Below are positions 27,575 through 34,141 of a DNA stretch of 34,249 nucleotides, piece after piece. The translations under genes and the position numbers were made by a program. The notes below the pieces were generated by a model. It was not told the origin of the DNA and did not search any database. It saw nothing but the letters and a program-made list of their open reading frames with translations. How positions within the stretch are numbered: the first letter of the stretch is position 1; the number at the start of each line of letters is the position of its first letter. Origin of the DNA: a virus (Duplodnaviria; Caudoviricetes); IMG/VR virus record IMGVR_UViG_3300046786_000442, positions 1 through 34,249 of that record; one strand, written 5' to 3'.

Positions 27575-28084
27575 TCACTTGATAGTTCTCCGGCAGTATT
27601 CAGCGATTAAGGCCGCGTCAACAAGGCCATCATGCGGCACCTTTGACCGGATGGTAGCCAGCCATTTTTCGTCAGGCCATATTGCCTTTGCGGCCCGCAG
27701 AGCGGCTGGTTTGGTGTCTCCTTTTTTACATCCGGGCAGCATGACTGTTTGCCATGATTGCGGTGTAATACGCACCCACGTCAGATGCTTTAACTCGCAC
27801 ATGGCGCGTAAAGCATGGAATGAGCCAGCCATAGCTTCTGCCGCCCTGTATGTCTTGGCGTTTGTTGGCCTTTCGATCATCACGACCACTTGATCTAGCT
27901 GATGGCCGACATGCTCGCCTAGCCACTGCCAGACGGCGACAATATCAATCTCTCTGGTTGTCTTGGCTCCTTTCTTTGGAGGCACATACTCTTTCACGGG
28001 CATGGTAGTCATTGCTACGATGCTTTGGCCCGACAGGATACACAAAGCTCCCGAGAGGGAATTGTCGATGCCGATGCAGATCAT
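27575..28084 (-). CDS. RuvC-like Holliday junction resolvase
   Basis: IGIDNSLSGA, VMIERP, ITPQSWQ, K..AL..A...WP, DG.VDAALIA. Confidence 0.85.
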   Translation of the reverse strand: MICIGIDNSLSGALCILSGQSIVAMTTMPVKEYVPPKKGAKTTREIDIVAVWQWLGEHVGHQLDQVVVMIERPTNAKTYRAAEAMAGSFHALRAMCELKHLTWVRITPQSWQTVMLPGCKKGDTKPAALRAAKAIWPDEKWLATIRSKVPHDGLVDAALIAEYCRRTIK

Positions 28085-28263
28085 ACTTTCTCTTGCGCGA
28101 TGATTTGAACAAACGGTTTGCCAATGCCGGTCGAGCGATACTTGAGGTCAATTACCAGACCACAGGCGTGCGAGCCTAGGAACTGGAGTTTGATTTCAAT
28201 GGGAACGTCGCCGTGTGTGGTTTGGATGGCTTGAAGCTGGGAGATTAGTTCGGAGATGGGCAT
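28081..28263 (-). CDS. Hypothetical protein
   Basis: M.ISELI..LQ.....HGD+P+, a common small phage protein pattern. ATGA coupling. Confidence 0.7.
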   Translation of the reverse strand: MPISELISQLQAIQTTHGDVPIEIKLQFLGSHACGLVIDLKYRSTGIGKPFVQIIAQEKV

Positions 28264-28265
28264 AT

Positions 28266-28622
28266 TCAGGCAAGTTTATTGTGCATGTGCGGACGGCTGG
28301 CGTTGTAGCCCATCTTGATGTGAATGGCACGTCCAAGGTCGATGCCGAATGCGCGGCTGGAATCACAGCAGCGAATGAAGATGTCGGCAAACTCCTCTTC
28401 GGCGCAGGTGAGTGGAACCGGCTTGTCGCAGGGCTGGTTAAGCTGGCCCTTGCGAGCCGCCTCCCAAAGCTCTGAGATTTCGCCGTGGAGATTGGCCGTC
28501 CATGCAGCCATGAGTTCCACGTTGTCTTTGTCGCCGTCGCCATCGTGGAAGCCTTTGCTCTTGGCGTTCTTGTAGCAGTCGGAGGCGATCTTGTTGATGA
28601 GGTCGATTTCGTCGGAGGTCAT
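28266..28622 (-). CDS. MazG-like nucleotide pyrophosphohydrolase
   Basis: A.SKGFH, LHGEISELWEA.RK, EEFADIFIR..D, KM.YN..RP.MH.K. Confidence 0.8.
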   Translation of the reverse strand: MTSDEIDLINKIASDCYKNAKSKGFHDGDGDKDNVELMAAWTANLHGEISELWEAARKGQLNQPCDKPVPLTCAEEEFADIFIRCCDSSRAFGIDLGRAIHIKMGYNASRPHMHNKLA

Positions 28623-28683
28623 ATAGGTAACTGTAAGCTGAGTTTTGCGCGTTGTCGAGCCGCGCCCCTCGGTTGTTGTGAAG

Positions 28684-29451
28684 TTATTGCCAAATGCAGG
28701 ATTCTTTGGATCGGAGTTCACAAAGCCTCCTCAAAGCAGCAAAATTGTTCATGTATTTTCGGTATTTTCCTCCACCTTGGCTCAAAGTGACATTTGTATG
28801 TGGAAGTTGATTCCAAGGAATCAAGAAGATGTCTTTACTATCCATGCAAAACAAGGCAACAATGTCGGCTTGCGGCATTTTACCTATGCGGTAAAACCAC
28901 CCAGTAACCGAGCCGCCAGACTGAGAGTTTTGGCGAGTCGTTAGGGATGATGTTTTTACATCAACCTTAACGACGCCATCAATTAAAAGGTCAAATGGCG
29001 ATTTTACTTGCTGGCTTCTCTGCACTTCAAATCCATTGCACTCCAAAATAGCTTGAACTTCTTTTTCTCCCTGCCAACCAGTGTCGGAATCAGAGTGTTC
29101 TCGTTGCAAATTTAATCGAGCGGCAACTTCGACAAAGCCTCCGTTTCTGGCAATCCAATTAGAAAGCCAACTCATTCCGCTTTGCAAAAGATATGAATTG
29201 GATGGCATTCTACCAATACTTGCAGCCACGCCAAGCAACTCTGCTTCACACTCTTCATTGGAGCGTTTTTTGCTTGGTTTTTTCGACCCGGTGTTAAGAG
29301 CTTTCTGAAAAAAGGTAAATCCTCCATTTCTCTGAATGCCAGAAGATAGCCATCCAAGACCATCTTTTTCCAATTCTTGTCTTGATGGAAGGTATCCTCG
29401 CTCAGAAACGATTGGCGTCAGACTGTCGATAATGCGCTGTTTATGATCCAT
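28684..29451 (-). CDS. PD-(D/E)xK endonuclease with two N-terminal DNA-binding repeats (homing-endonuclease-like)
   Basis: Repeats G.+PS..+L...G+.WLS..I.RNGGF. Catalytic G..GE..V, FDLL.D, VDVKT. AT-rich. Own promoter TTGCAA-N16-TTTAAT. Confidence 0.7.
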   Translation of the reverse strand: MDHKQRIIDSLTPIVSERGYLPSRQELEKDGLGWLSSGIQRNGGFTFFQKALNTGSKKPSKKRSNEECEAELLGVAASIGRMPSNSYLLQSGMSWLSNWIARNGGFVEVAARLNLQREHSDSDTGWQGEKEVQAILECNGFEVQRSQQVKSPFDLLIDGVVKVDVKTSSLTTRQNSQSGGSVTGWFYRIGKMPQADIVALFCMDSKDIFLIPWNQLPHTNVTLSQGGGKYRKYMNNFAALRRLCELRSKESCIWQ

Positions 29452-29496
29452 GAGACATTAAAACACAGTCTGACGCCATTGCAATCACTTTTCGTT

Positions 29497-29952
29497 CTAA
29501 AATGGAATCTCCTCTCCTTCGGGAGTTTCATCTTCAGCCTTCTTGATAAAGTCAGGCTTGGCAGCATCCTTTTCCGCTTTCTTCGCAGCCTTCAATCCGT
29601 AATCCTTCACGGTGTTTTTGGCGGCGTATTCACCGGATGCAGGCTCGATGTCGATGCGAACCTTGCCGCACGCTCCAACAAGGTCTGCGGCCTGCACAGA
29701 GCCAGCGTTGTAGGCGTCGATCATGCCGATAGTCTCGAAGAAATGGCGCAGCTTGTAGGCCATTGCCTCCATCAGATAATCGGTGACGAACTGGAAGCCT
29801 TCGCCGTGAAAGACCTTCAGGTTGACCTTAATCATCTCGTTTCCCTTTTTGGAAACAGCATCTTCGGCTTTAACAACTTCGAAGTCGTATTCTCCTTTGG
29901 GAAGGAGGTTTTCAAAGTCGAGTTCTTCTTGTGTTTTGGGTGTGAAGCGCAT
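29497..29952 (-). CDS. Single-stranded DNA-binding protein (DUF669-like)
   Basis: LLPKGEYDFEV..AE...SKKGNEMI, acidic C-terminus EEIPF, adjacent to the AAA annealase. Confidence 0.75.
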   Translation of the reverse strand: MRFTPKTQEELDFENLLPKGEYDFEVVKAEDAVSKKGNEMIKVNLKVFHGEGFQFVTDYLMEAMAYKLRHFFETIGMIDAYNAGSVQAADLVGACGKVRIDIEPASGEYAAKNTVKDYGLKAAKKAEKDAAKPDFIKKAEDETPEGEEIPF

Positions 29953-29966
29953 GGCTTATGTTTGGT

Positions 29967-30851
29967 TTATTTGTTGGGGGTGATCTTGGCGAGGAGGGCT
30001 TTGATGGCTTTGGCGGCTTGTTCAGTGTCAAGCTCGCTCCAGTCAGAAGCAGAAGCCCTTGTAAGCCACTTCTGTTTTTCTTCCTCGCTCATCTTGAGGA
30101 GGTCGGAAAGACGGACAATTTCGGCCACCTGTTCAGGCGTGGCGAGGGTGATGATTTTGCTTTCGGCGTCGATCACATCCTTGCCGTAGCGAAGGGCGAA
30201 CTCGCTGTAATCAAGCTGGAATCGCTCACGGTCAGGAAAGCCTTGAAGGCGGGATTTGCGGATCAAACCAACGCGGGACTGACCTTGTTTGAGCACCTGA
30301 ATAGAAAGGTCCAATTCGTATTGAACTTTGTCCCAACAGTCAAAGGTGGTTCCAACCTGAGTGCGGTTGCCTTGACCGTCCACGCCCCATTCTTCCTTCT
30401 CATGGCAGATCAGGACGACGTTCATCGGCAGGCGGTGAATCCAGTTCATCAGACGGCGCATGAAGGCCACAGCGGGTTTCTTGGAGGCACCAAAGGCATC
30501 TTTGTCGCCAAGGCGTTCCTGCTCATTGGCGACAAGTGTGTTGAACAGCTTGGTGATGGAATCCACGACGACGGTTTTGAAGCCGTGTTTTTCCGTGGCA
30601 AGGGCTTGGAACTGCGAGATGACAGTCTCGCCATCAAGTGAGCCATCCTCCGGCCCCATAATCATGCCGCCGGATTTGGTCAGCTTGTCCATGTAGTGAG
30701 AGCGGGCGGCACCGCCCTCCGTGTCAATGTAGTAGCAACTTGGGAAGTCCAAGCTGAACCACGTTTTGCCGACGCCTGATGCGCCGAAGATGAGGATTTT
30801 GGGTTTGGATGGCTCGACTTTATCGGGCGTTTTTGCTTTGAGTTTGCTCAT
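29967..30851 (-). CDS. AAA_24 / Sak4-like ssDNA-annealing ATPase
   Basis: KILIFGASGVGKT, YIDTEGG, TVVVDSIT, VVLICHEK. Start ATG 30851 follows TTGTAA-N17-TAATGT. Confidence 0.85.
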   Translation of the reverse strand: MSKLKAKTPDKVEPSKPKILIFGASGVGKTWFSLDFPSCYYIDTEGGAARSHYMDKLTKSGGMIMGPEDGSLDGETVISQFQALATEKHGFKTVVVDSITKLFNTLVANEQERLGDKDAFGASKKPAVAFMRRLMNWIHRLPMNVVLICHEKEEWGVDGQGNRTQVGTTFDCWDKVQYELDLSIQVLKQGQSRVGLIRKSRLQGFPDRERFQLDYSEFALRYGKDVIDAESKIITLATPEQVAEIVRLSDLLKMSEEEKQKWLTRASASDWSELDTEQAAKAIKALLAKITPNK

Positions 30852-30908
30852 AGGAGTAGATTTCAACATTAACATGCGGCTGTGTGATTTACAACCTCAA
30901 CCTTACGG

Positions 30909-30945
30909 AAAAAGAACAACCCGCCTGCGTAAACAAGCGGGTTGT
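30909..30945 (-). terminator. Rho-independent terminator
   Basis: ACAACCCGCTTG-TTTACG-CAGGCGGGTTGT followed by TCTTTTT. Confidence 0.75.
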
Positions 30946-30952
30946 AGATTGG

Positions 30953-31050
30953 TTGCCTGCCGCCGCGAGAGTCCCTCGGCTTTCACCGTGAAGGCATGTG
31001 CTCCCCCGCGCTTCTGTTGGAACATCGGCCAGCACAGGCACGGCAGGCAA
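30953..31050 (-). ncRNA. Candidate structured RNA (three-way junction)
   Basis: Perfect 10-bp closing stem TTGCCTGCCG/CGGCAGGCAA enclosing TGTGCT/AGCACA and CCTT..CGGT-GAAA-GCCG.AGGG. Confidence 0.45.
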
Positions 31051-31054
31051 ATTG

Positions 31055-31201
31055 TCACTGACACGACTCACATTCACCGCCAAGCTGGCACGCAGGCTCG
31101 CCAAGAGGCTCGTTCAGATCATCGTCCACGCATGGGCATGGGCTGGATGAGTCGCAGGTTTTAGTCGTTGGTTCTTCGATTGGTGTTTGTTCGGTTGTCA
31201 T
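31055..31201 (-). CDS. 48-aa acidic Cys-rich peptide ending ACQLGGECESCQ
   Basis: Hand translation: MTTEQTPIEEPTTKTCDSSSPCPCVDDDLNEPLGEPACQLGGECESCQ. It lies between a promoter and a terminator. Confidence 0.7.
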   Translation of the reverse strand: MTTEQTPIEEPTTKTCDSSSPCPCVDDDLNEPLGEPACQLGGECESCQ

Positions 31202-31293
31202 GGGGAAATTATTCCCTCTCCGACATTCCAGACTGGAGGGCCAGCCTTCACTAGGTCACGCTAATAACCTTGGTGTGTGTCGGTCACGGAGTA

Positions 31294-31322
31294 ACCTTAC
31301 GGTAATTGGTTGAGGTTTGCAA
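31294..31322 (-). promoter_or_regulatory. sigma70-like promoter with AATTACCGTAAGG box
   Basis: TTGCAA-N17-TAAGGT. Confidence 0.65.
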
Positions 31323-31515
31323 GCGTGGAATACGGCTTTAATTCGCCCTGTTTCCGCGCCAAGTCATAACCGCGATCAAACGCTTCAGCGGTGGACTTGA
31401 TTCGCTCAATGTTCACGTTGCGGTCGTAGCGAATCCAGATGGGGAACAGAATCAGCAGCATGGTTGCGGCTCCTGAGACGAAGGCGATGAGGAAGAGTTC
31501 GAGTTCGGGGTTCAT
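31297..31515 (-). CDS. Small membrane-anchored protein
   Basis: N-terminal hydrophobic helix LFLIAFVSGAATMLLILFPIWI; AFDRGY motif; ATGA coupling. Confidence 0.65.
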   Translation of the reverse strand: MNPELELFLIAFVSGAATMLLILFPIWIRYDRNVNIERIKSTAEAFDRGYDLARKQGELKPYSTLANLNQLP

Positions 31516-31718
31516 TGGATTTGGTTTTTGAGTGTTTCGAGGCAGTTGGGGAATCGAGAAGGCTGAGCGGCCCATGCGGTAATGATGGCCCGCATGATGC
31601 CGTTTTCTGCTGCCAGCCTGTCACGGCCCGGATTTCGGCTCATGTAATCTTGAAAAATGGCATCAAGGGCTGCGGCGGCTTCGTCGTAGAGGGAAGTTGT
31701 TTTTACTTGGATCGGCAT
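31512..31718 (-). CDS. Hypothetical protein
   Basis: 68 aa in a chain of overlapping early ORFs. Confidence 0.6.
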   Translation of the reverse strand: MPIQVKTTSLYDEAAAALDAIFQDYMSRNPGRDRLAAENGIMRAIITAWAAQPSRFPNCLETLKNQIQ

Positions 31719-31891
31719 TCGGTTATTGCGAGGCGTTTTACTTTGCGTTTACGAGGCTTGAAGAAGCCGGGGAGTCGGAGTCTGCGAAGAAGCGAGGCGT
31801 CGAGCAGACATACAGGCTTGTCGAAAGTGATCTGGCGGTCGAGGCAATAGCGAGTGGCCGCGTCAATTTGGATGGATGGGCGGAGTGTCAT
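31703..31891 (-). CDS. Basic hypothetical protein
   Basis: ATG 31891 overlaps the upstream TGA. Confidence 0.5.
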   Translation of the reverse strand: MTLRPSIQIDAATRYCLDRQITFDKPVCLLDASLLRRLRLPGFFKPRKRKVKRLAITECRSK

Positions 31892-32067
31892 ATTTTGCGG
31901 ACTGAGTTTTCTGGCAGAACGCCCCAAGTCTCGCCGAACGAGACGCGGATCAGGGATTTGTCCACGGCTAGGACTTCGCCTTCACCTCGAAGGGGATGAC
32001 GAACGCGGTCGCCTGCGCGTAGGTTTTGAGGCTTTTGCGGCTCTTGGGTTTTGAGGAGTGGTTTCAT
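31888..32067 (-). CDS. Small SH3/Tudor-like protein
   Basis: GDRVRHPLRGEGEVLAV...VSF resembles the PcrA/UvrD C-terminal Tudor motif GD.V.H..FG.G.V. ATGA coupling. Confidence 0.55.
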   Translation of the reverse strand: MKPLLKTQEPQKPQNLRAGDRVRHPLRGEGEVLAVDKSLIRVSFGETWGVLPENSVRKI

Positions 32068-32300
32068 TGGAGTAGTTCGATGGGCCATGCGGCGAGGATG
32101 TTTGCGGTCAAATGCTCTTGGCTATCAAGATCTAACCAAGGAATTGAATTGATTGCAGCAATTGTGGAGCGCCATCCGGCCTCGGCTTTTTTCCCTTTTG
32201 TTGCGGTGTAAATGAGGTTGTGATCTCTTTTATGATCCCACATTGCCAGCAATTCTTGACACTTAGCCTTGATGAGTTGGAGGTGTTCGGATGTTGTCAT
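32064..32300 (-). CDS. Hypothetical protein
   Basis: 78 aa, operon spacing. Confidence 0.65.
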   Translation of the reverse strand: MTTSEHLQLIKAKCQELLAMWDHKRDHNLIYTATKGKKAEAGWRSTIAAINSIPWLDLDSQEHLTANILAAWPIELLQ

Positions 32301-32307
32301 ATTGTGA

Positions 32308-32496
32308 TTATTCGTCAGGGTATTTGAGGTCGTCCATGAGAATGTCAGCGCGGCGTTCAGATTCGTTTTGATCTTCGCAATCTTCGCAAAGGTCGCCGTA
32401 TTCTTGAACGGGTTCGCCGCATTGCTCGCAGACTGGAGGCTGTTTCAAAGCGTCGATTTCTCGGGATGATGGTTCTCCATATCGGGTGAAGCGCAT
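32308..32496 (-). CDS. Small acidic zinc-ribbon protein
   Basis: CEQCG...LCEDC. ATG lies 5 nt after a -10 box. Confidence 0.7.
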   Translation of the reverse strand: MRFTRYGEPSSREIDALKQPPVCEQCGEPVQEYGDLCEDCEDQNESERRADILMDDLKYPDE

Positions 32497-32501
32497 GAGT
32501 A

Positions 32502-32530
32502 ACCTTACGTTAATTCGGCGAGGGTTTCAA
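32502..32530 (-). promoter_or_regulatory. sigma70-like promoter with AATTAACGTAAGG box
   Basis: TTGAAA-N17-TAAGGT. Confidence 0.65.
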
Positions 32531-32556
32531 GAGGTTTGCGGCTCTTTTCGCGGCTC

Positions 32557-32733
32557 TTAAACCGGCAGGCCGTTGTGGTCGCATTCGACAATCGAGAGCA
32601 GGCGCGAGCCGGGCCGCTTCCAGTTCTGGCGGACGGCGGCGGCGGATTGACCGGGAAGGGTGATGCAGTAGGAGCGGCCCGCGATGGCGTAGGTGACAAG
32701 GAAACGGGCGAGGGATCGAGGGCGGTTAAGCAT
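32557..32733 (-). CDS. Hypothetical protein (58 aa)
   Basis: ATG 32733 overlaps the upstream stop (ATGCTTAA). Confidence 0.55.
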   Translation of the reverse strand: MLNRPRSLARFLVTYAIAGRSYCITLPGQSAAAVRQNWKRPGSRLLSIVECDHNGLPV

Positions 32734-32875
32734 GCTTTTTCCTCCATGCTCGTTGTGCATCTTTTAGGATCAGCTTGGCAACCCTGCCTTGAGGATTGCG
32801 AGCGATAGAAGCGCGGACTTCGGGAGGGCTTGAAGCGATAAATTCGCGCAGGAATTCGGCTGACATTGGATTCAT
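32726..32875 (-). CDS. Hypothetical protein (49 aa)
   Basis: MNPMSAEFLREFIASSPPEVRASIARNPQGRVAKLILKDAQRAWRKKHA, hand-translated. Confidence 0.5.
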   Translation of the reverse strand: MNPMSAEFLREFIASSPPEVRASIARNPQGRVAKLILKDAQRAWRKKHA

Positions 32876-32879
32876 AGGG

Positions 32880-32911
32880 AAGAAAGAGCCGCCCCCGATT
32901 AAGAGGGCGGC
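32880..32911 (-). terminator. Terminator-like hairpin
   Basis: GCCGCCCTC-TTAATC-GGGGGCGGC followed by TCTTTCTT. Confidence 0.55.
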
Positions 32912-32925
32912 GAGGGTTTGAGGGT

Positions 32926-33033
32926 TTACCGCCAGAACGCCACAAAAGCGGCGAGGGCGGCGATGATGAGCAACGAGACAAGGCAGAGACAGACAAGGCC
33001 CATGCCTTCGAGCGGGTCGGGGTCGGGGTTCAT
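32926..33033 (-). CDS. 35-aa single-helix membrane peptide
   Basis: MNPDPDPLEGMGLVCLCLVSLLIIAALAAFVAFWR; ATGA coupling. Confidence 0.5.
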   Translation of the reverse strand: MNPDPDPLEGMGLVCLCLVSLLIIAALAAFVAFWR

Positions 33034-33203
33034 GGGGTGTTCTGCATTTGGTGAAACGTCATTTCAAAGCGGCGGTTGATTTCGTCCATTGCCATGATGT
33101 AATTCTCACAACGCCAGCGGGTTTCGGGTTTCGTGCGTTCATAGTGGTCAATGACGGCTTCAATATCAGCCGTTGAATGGTTGCGATATGGATTCGGGCG
33201 CAT
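33030..33203 (-). CDS. Hypothetical protein (57 aa)
   Basis: MRPNPYRNHSTADIEAVIDHYE..., 3 nt after the upstream stop. Confidence 0.55.
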   Translation of the reverse strand: MRPNPYRNHSTADIEAVIDHYERTKPETRWRCENYIMAMDEINRRFEMTFHQMQNTP

Positions 33204-33206
33204 GAC

Positions 33207-33533
33207 TTACATTTCCCCCTTTCCATCTTTACGCGAGGCGCGAAGCTCGGCAGCGGTGGCGGCCCGTTCTTCGTTGCGTGCGACTTGCTGGCGATAGGCG
33301 GCCCGTTCTTGAGCCGTGGCGAATTTTGATGGCAGGATGTCCACGCGGAGGCGGGCGGCCAGCGCGTAGAAGTCTCGCGTGGACATTGAGCCGAGAGGCA
33401 CGCGGAGTTCTCCGGCTTCATCTTGGCGGACTTCACAAGCGAGGACTTGACCGGAAGGGAGGCGGTCAAGCGAGAGGCCGACAACGTGGTTTGCGGCGAT
33501 GTAGGCGGCGGGGTTAGCGGGGATGTGGATCAT
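33207..33533 (-). CDS. Hypothetical protein
   Basis: 108 aa, preceded by an A/C-rich leader downstream of the ribozyme. Confidence 0.65.
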   Translation of the reverse strand: MIHIPANPAAYIAANHVVGLSLDRLPSGQVLACEVRQDEAGELRVPLGSMSTRDFYALAARLRVDILPSKFATAQERAAYRQQVARNEERAATAAELRASRKDGKGEM

Positions 33534-33559
33534 ATATGCGTTTGATTTTGTGTTTGGTT

Positions 33560-33620
33560 TGCTCTGTCTCGTCAGTGATAGGGGAGCAGCCTACCAGACC
33601 GGCGCGGGGCCGGTTTCGAC
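33560..33620 (-). ncRNA. Hammerhead ribozyme, type II
   Basis: GUC-GAAA-CCGG(loop)CCGG-UC^-UGGUAGG(CUGCUCC)CCUAUCA-CUGACGA-GAC. All core nucleotides and three stems are present. Loop I UGCUC pairs with 3' GAGCA. Confidence 0.92.
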
Positions 33621-34057
33621 TATTTCTTGAGGGTGTTTTGGCATGCTCCGCGTGCCTCGGCAAAGGCGCATAGAAGCTGGCAATCTTGCGACGGGTCAAG
33701 CCTAACTTCTTGCATCCAAGTGTTAGTCAGGTCGTAAGGTTCGCCAGCATTGCCAAGAAAGGACCAGTCTTCTCGTTCGTCTTCGCTGGCGCTCGCTTGG
33801 TCTTCTTCGGAGATTAGAAAAGAATCCCCTAAGCCAGAATCAACAAGCTCGTCTAGTGCGTCCTGCTCATGCGAGGCCCAAACGGCTCCAACGGCTCCAA
33901 ATTCGTGGCCGATGACATACAAGCGGACATTGTGAGGATTGAATTCCCAAGGCAGAATGACATTGTTACAAAGAATGGACTCGTCTGGGAGTTCAATTTC
34001 GCGAGCGGGTAGGCAGTTGAAAGCGCCGCCGTTTAATGGTTTGAGGTGTAATTTCAT
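33620..34057 (-). CDS. Acidic early hypothetical protein
   Basis: 145 aa from ATG 34057 after an A/C-rich leader. Asp/Glu-rich (HEQDALDELVD..LGNAGEP). Confidence 0.7.
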   Translation of the reverse strand: MKLHLKPLNGGAFNCLPAREIELPDESILCNNVILPWEFNPHNVRLYVIGHEFGAVGAVWASHEQDALDELVDSGLGDSFLISEEDQASASEDEREDWSFLGNAGEPYDLTNTWMQEVRLDPSQDCQLLCAFAEARGACQNTLKK

Positions 34058-34091
34058 GCGTTGTTTTGTGTTCGTTGTTTTTATTCTGGCG

Positions 34092-34141
34092 GTGACGCCA
34101 TTACGACGCACGCACGAGGCATGCGCCGTGTATGGGGTCAC
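34092..34141 (-). other. Long intergenic hairpin (possible RNA processing site)
   Basis: GTGAC.CCAT..ACGGCGCATGC-CTCGT-GCGTGCGTCGT.ATGG.GTCAC, ~20 bp with G-U pairs and no U tail. Confidence 0.5.

Noticed and set aside
29443-30641. + strand ORFs of 248 and 227 aa
   Set aside because: Antisense to well-supported SSB and AAA ATPase genes.
30953-31288. tRNA, SRP RNA or c-di-GMP riboswitch identity for the structured elements
   Set aside because: No T-loop or anticodon arm, no SRP helix-8 motif, and the c-di-GMP-I consensus is incomplete.
29942-32497. Two genes both starting ATGCGCTTCAC (MRFT)
   Set aside because: Only ~12 nt are shared with no further similarity; probably chance.
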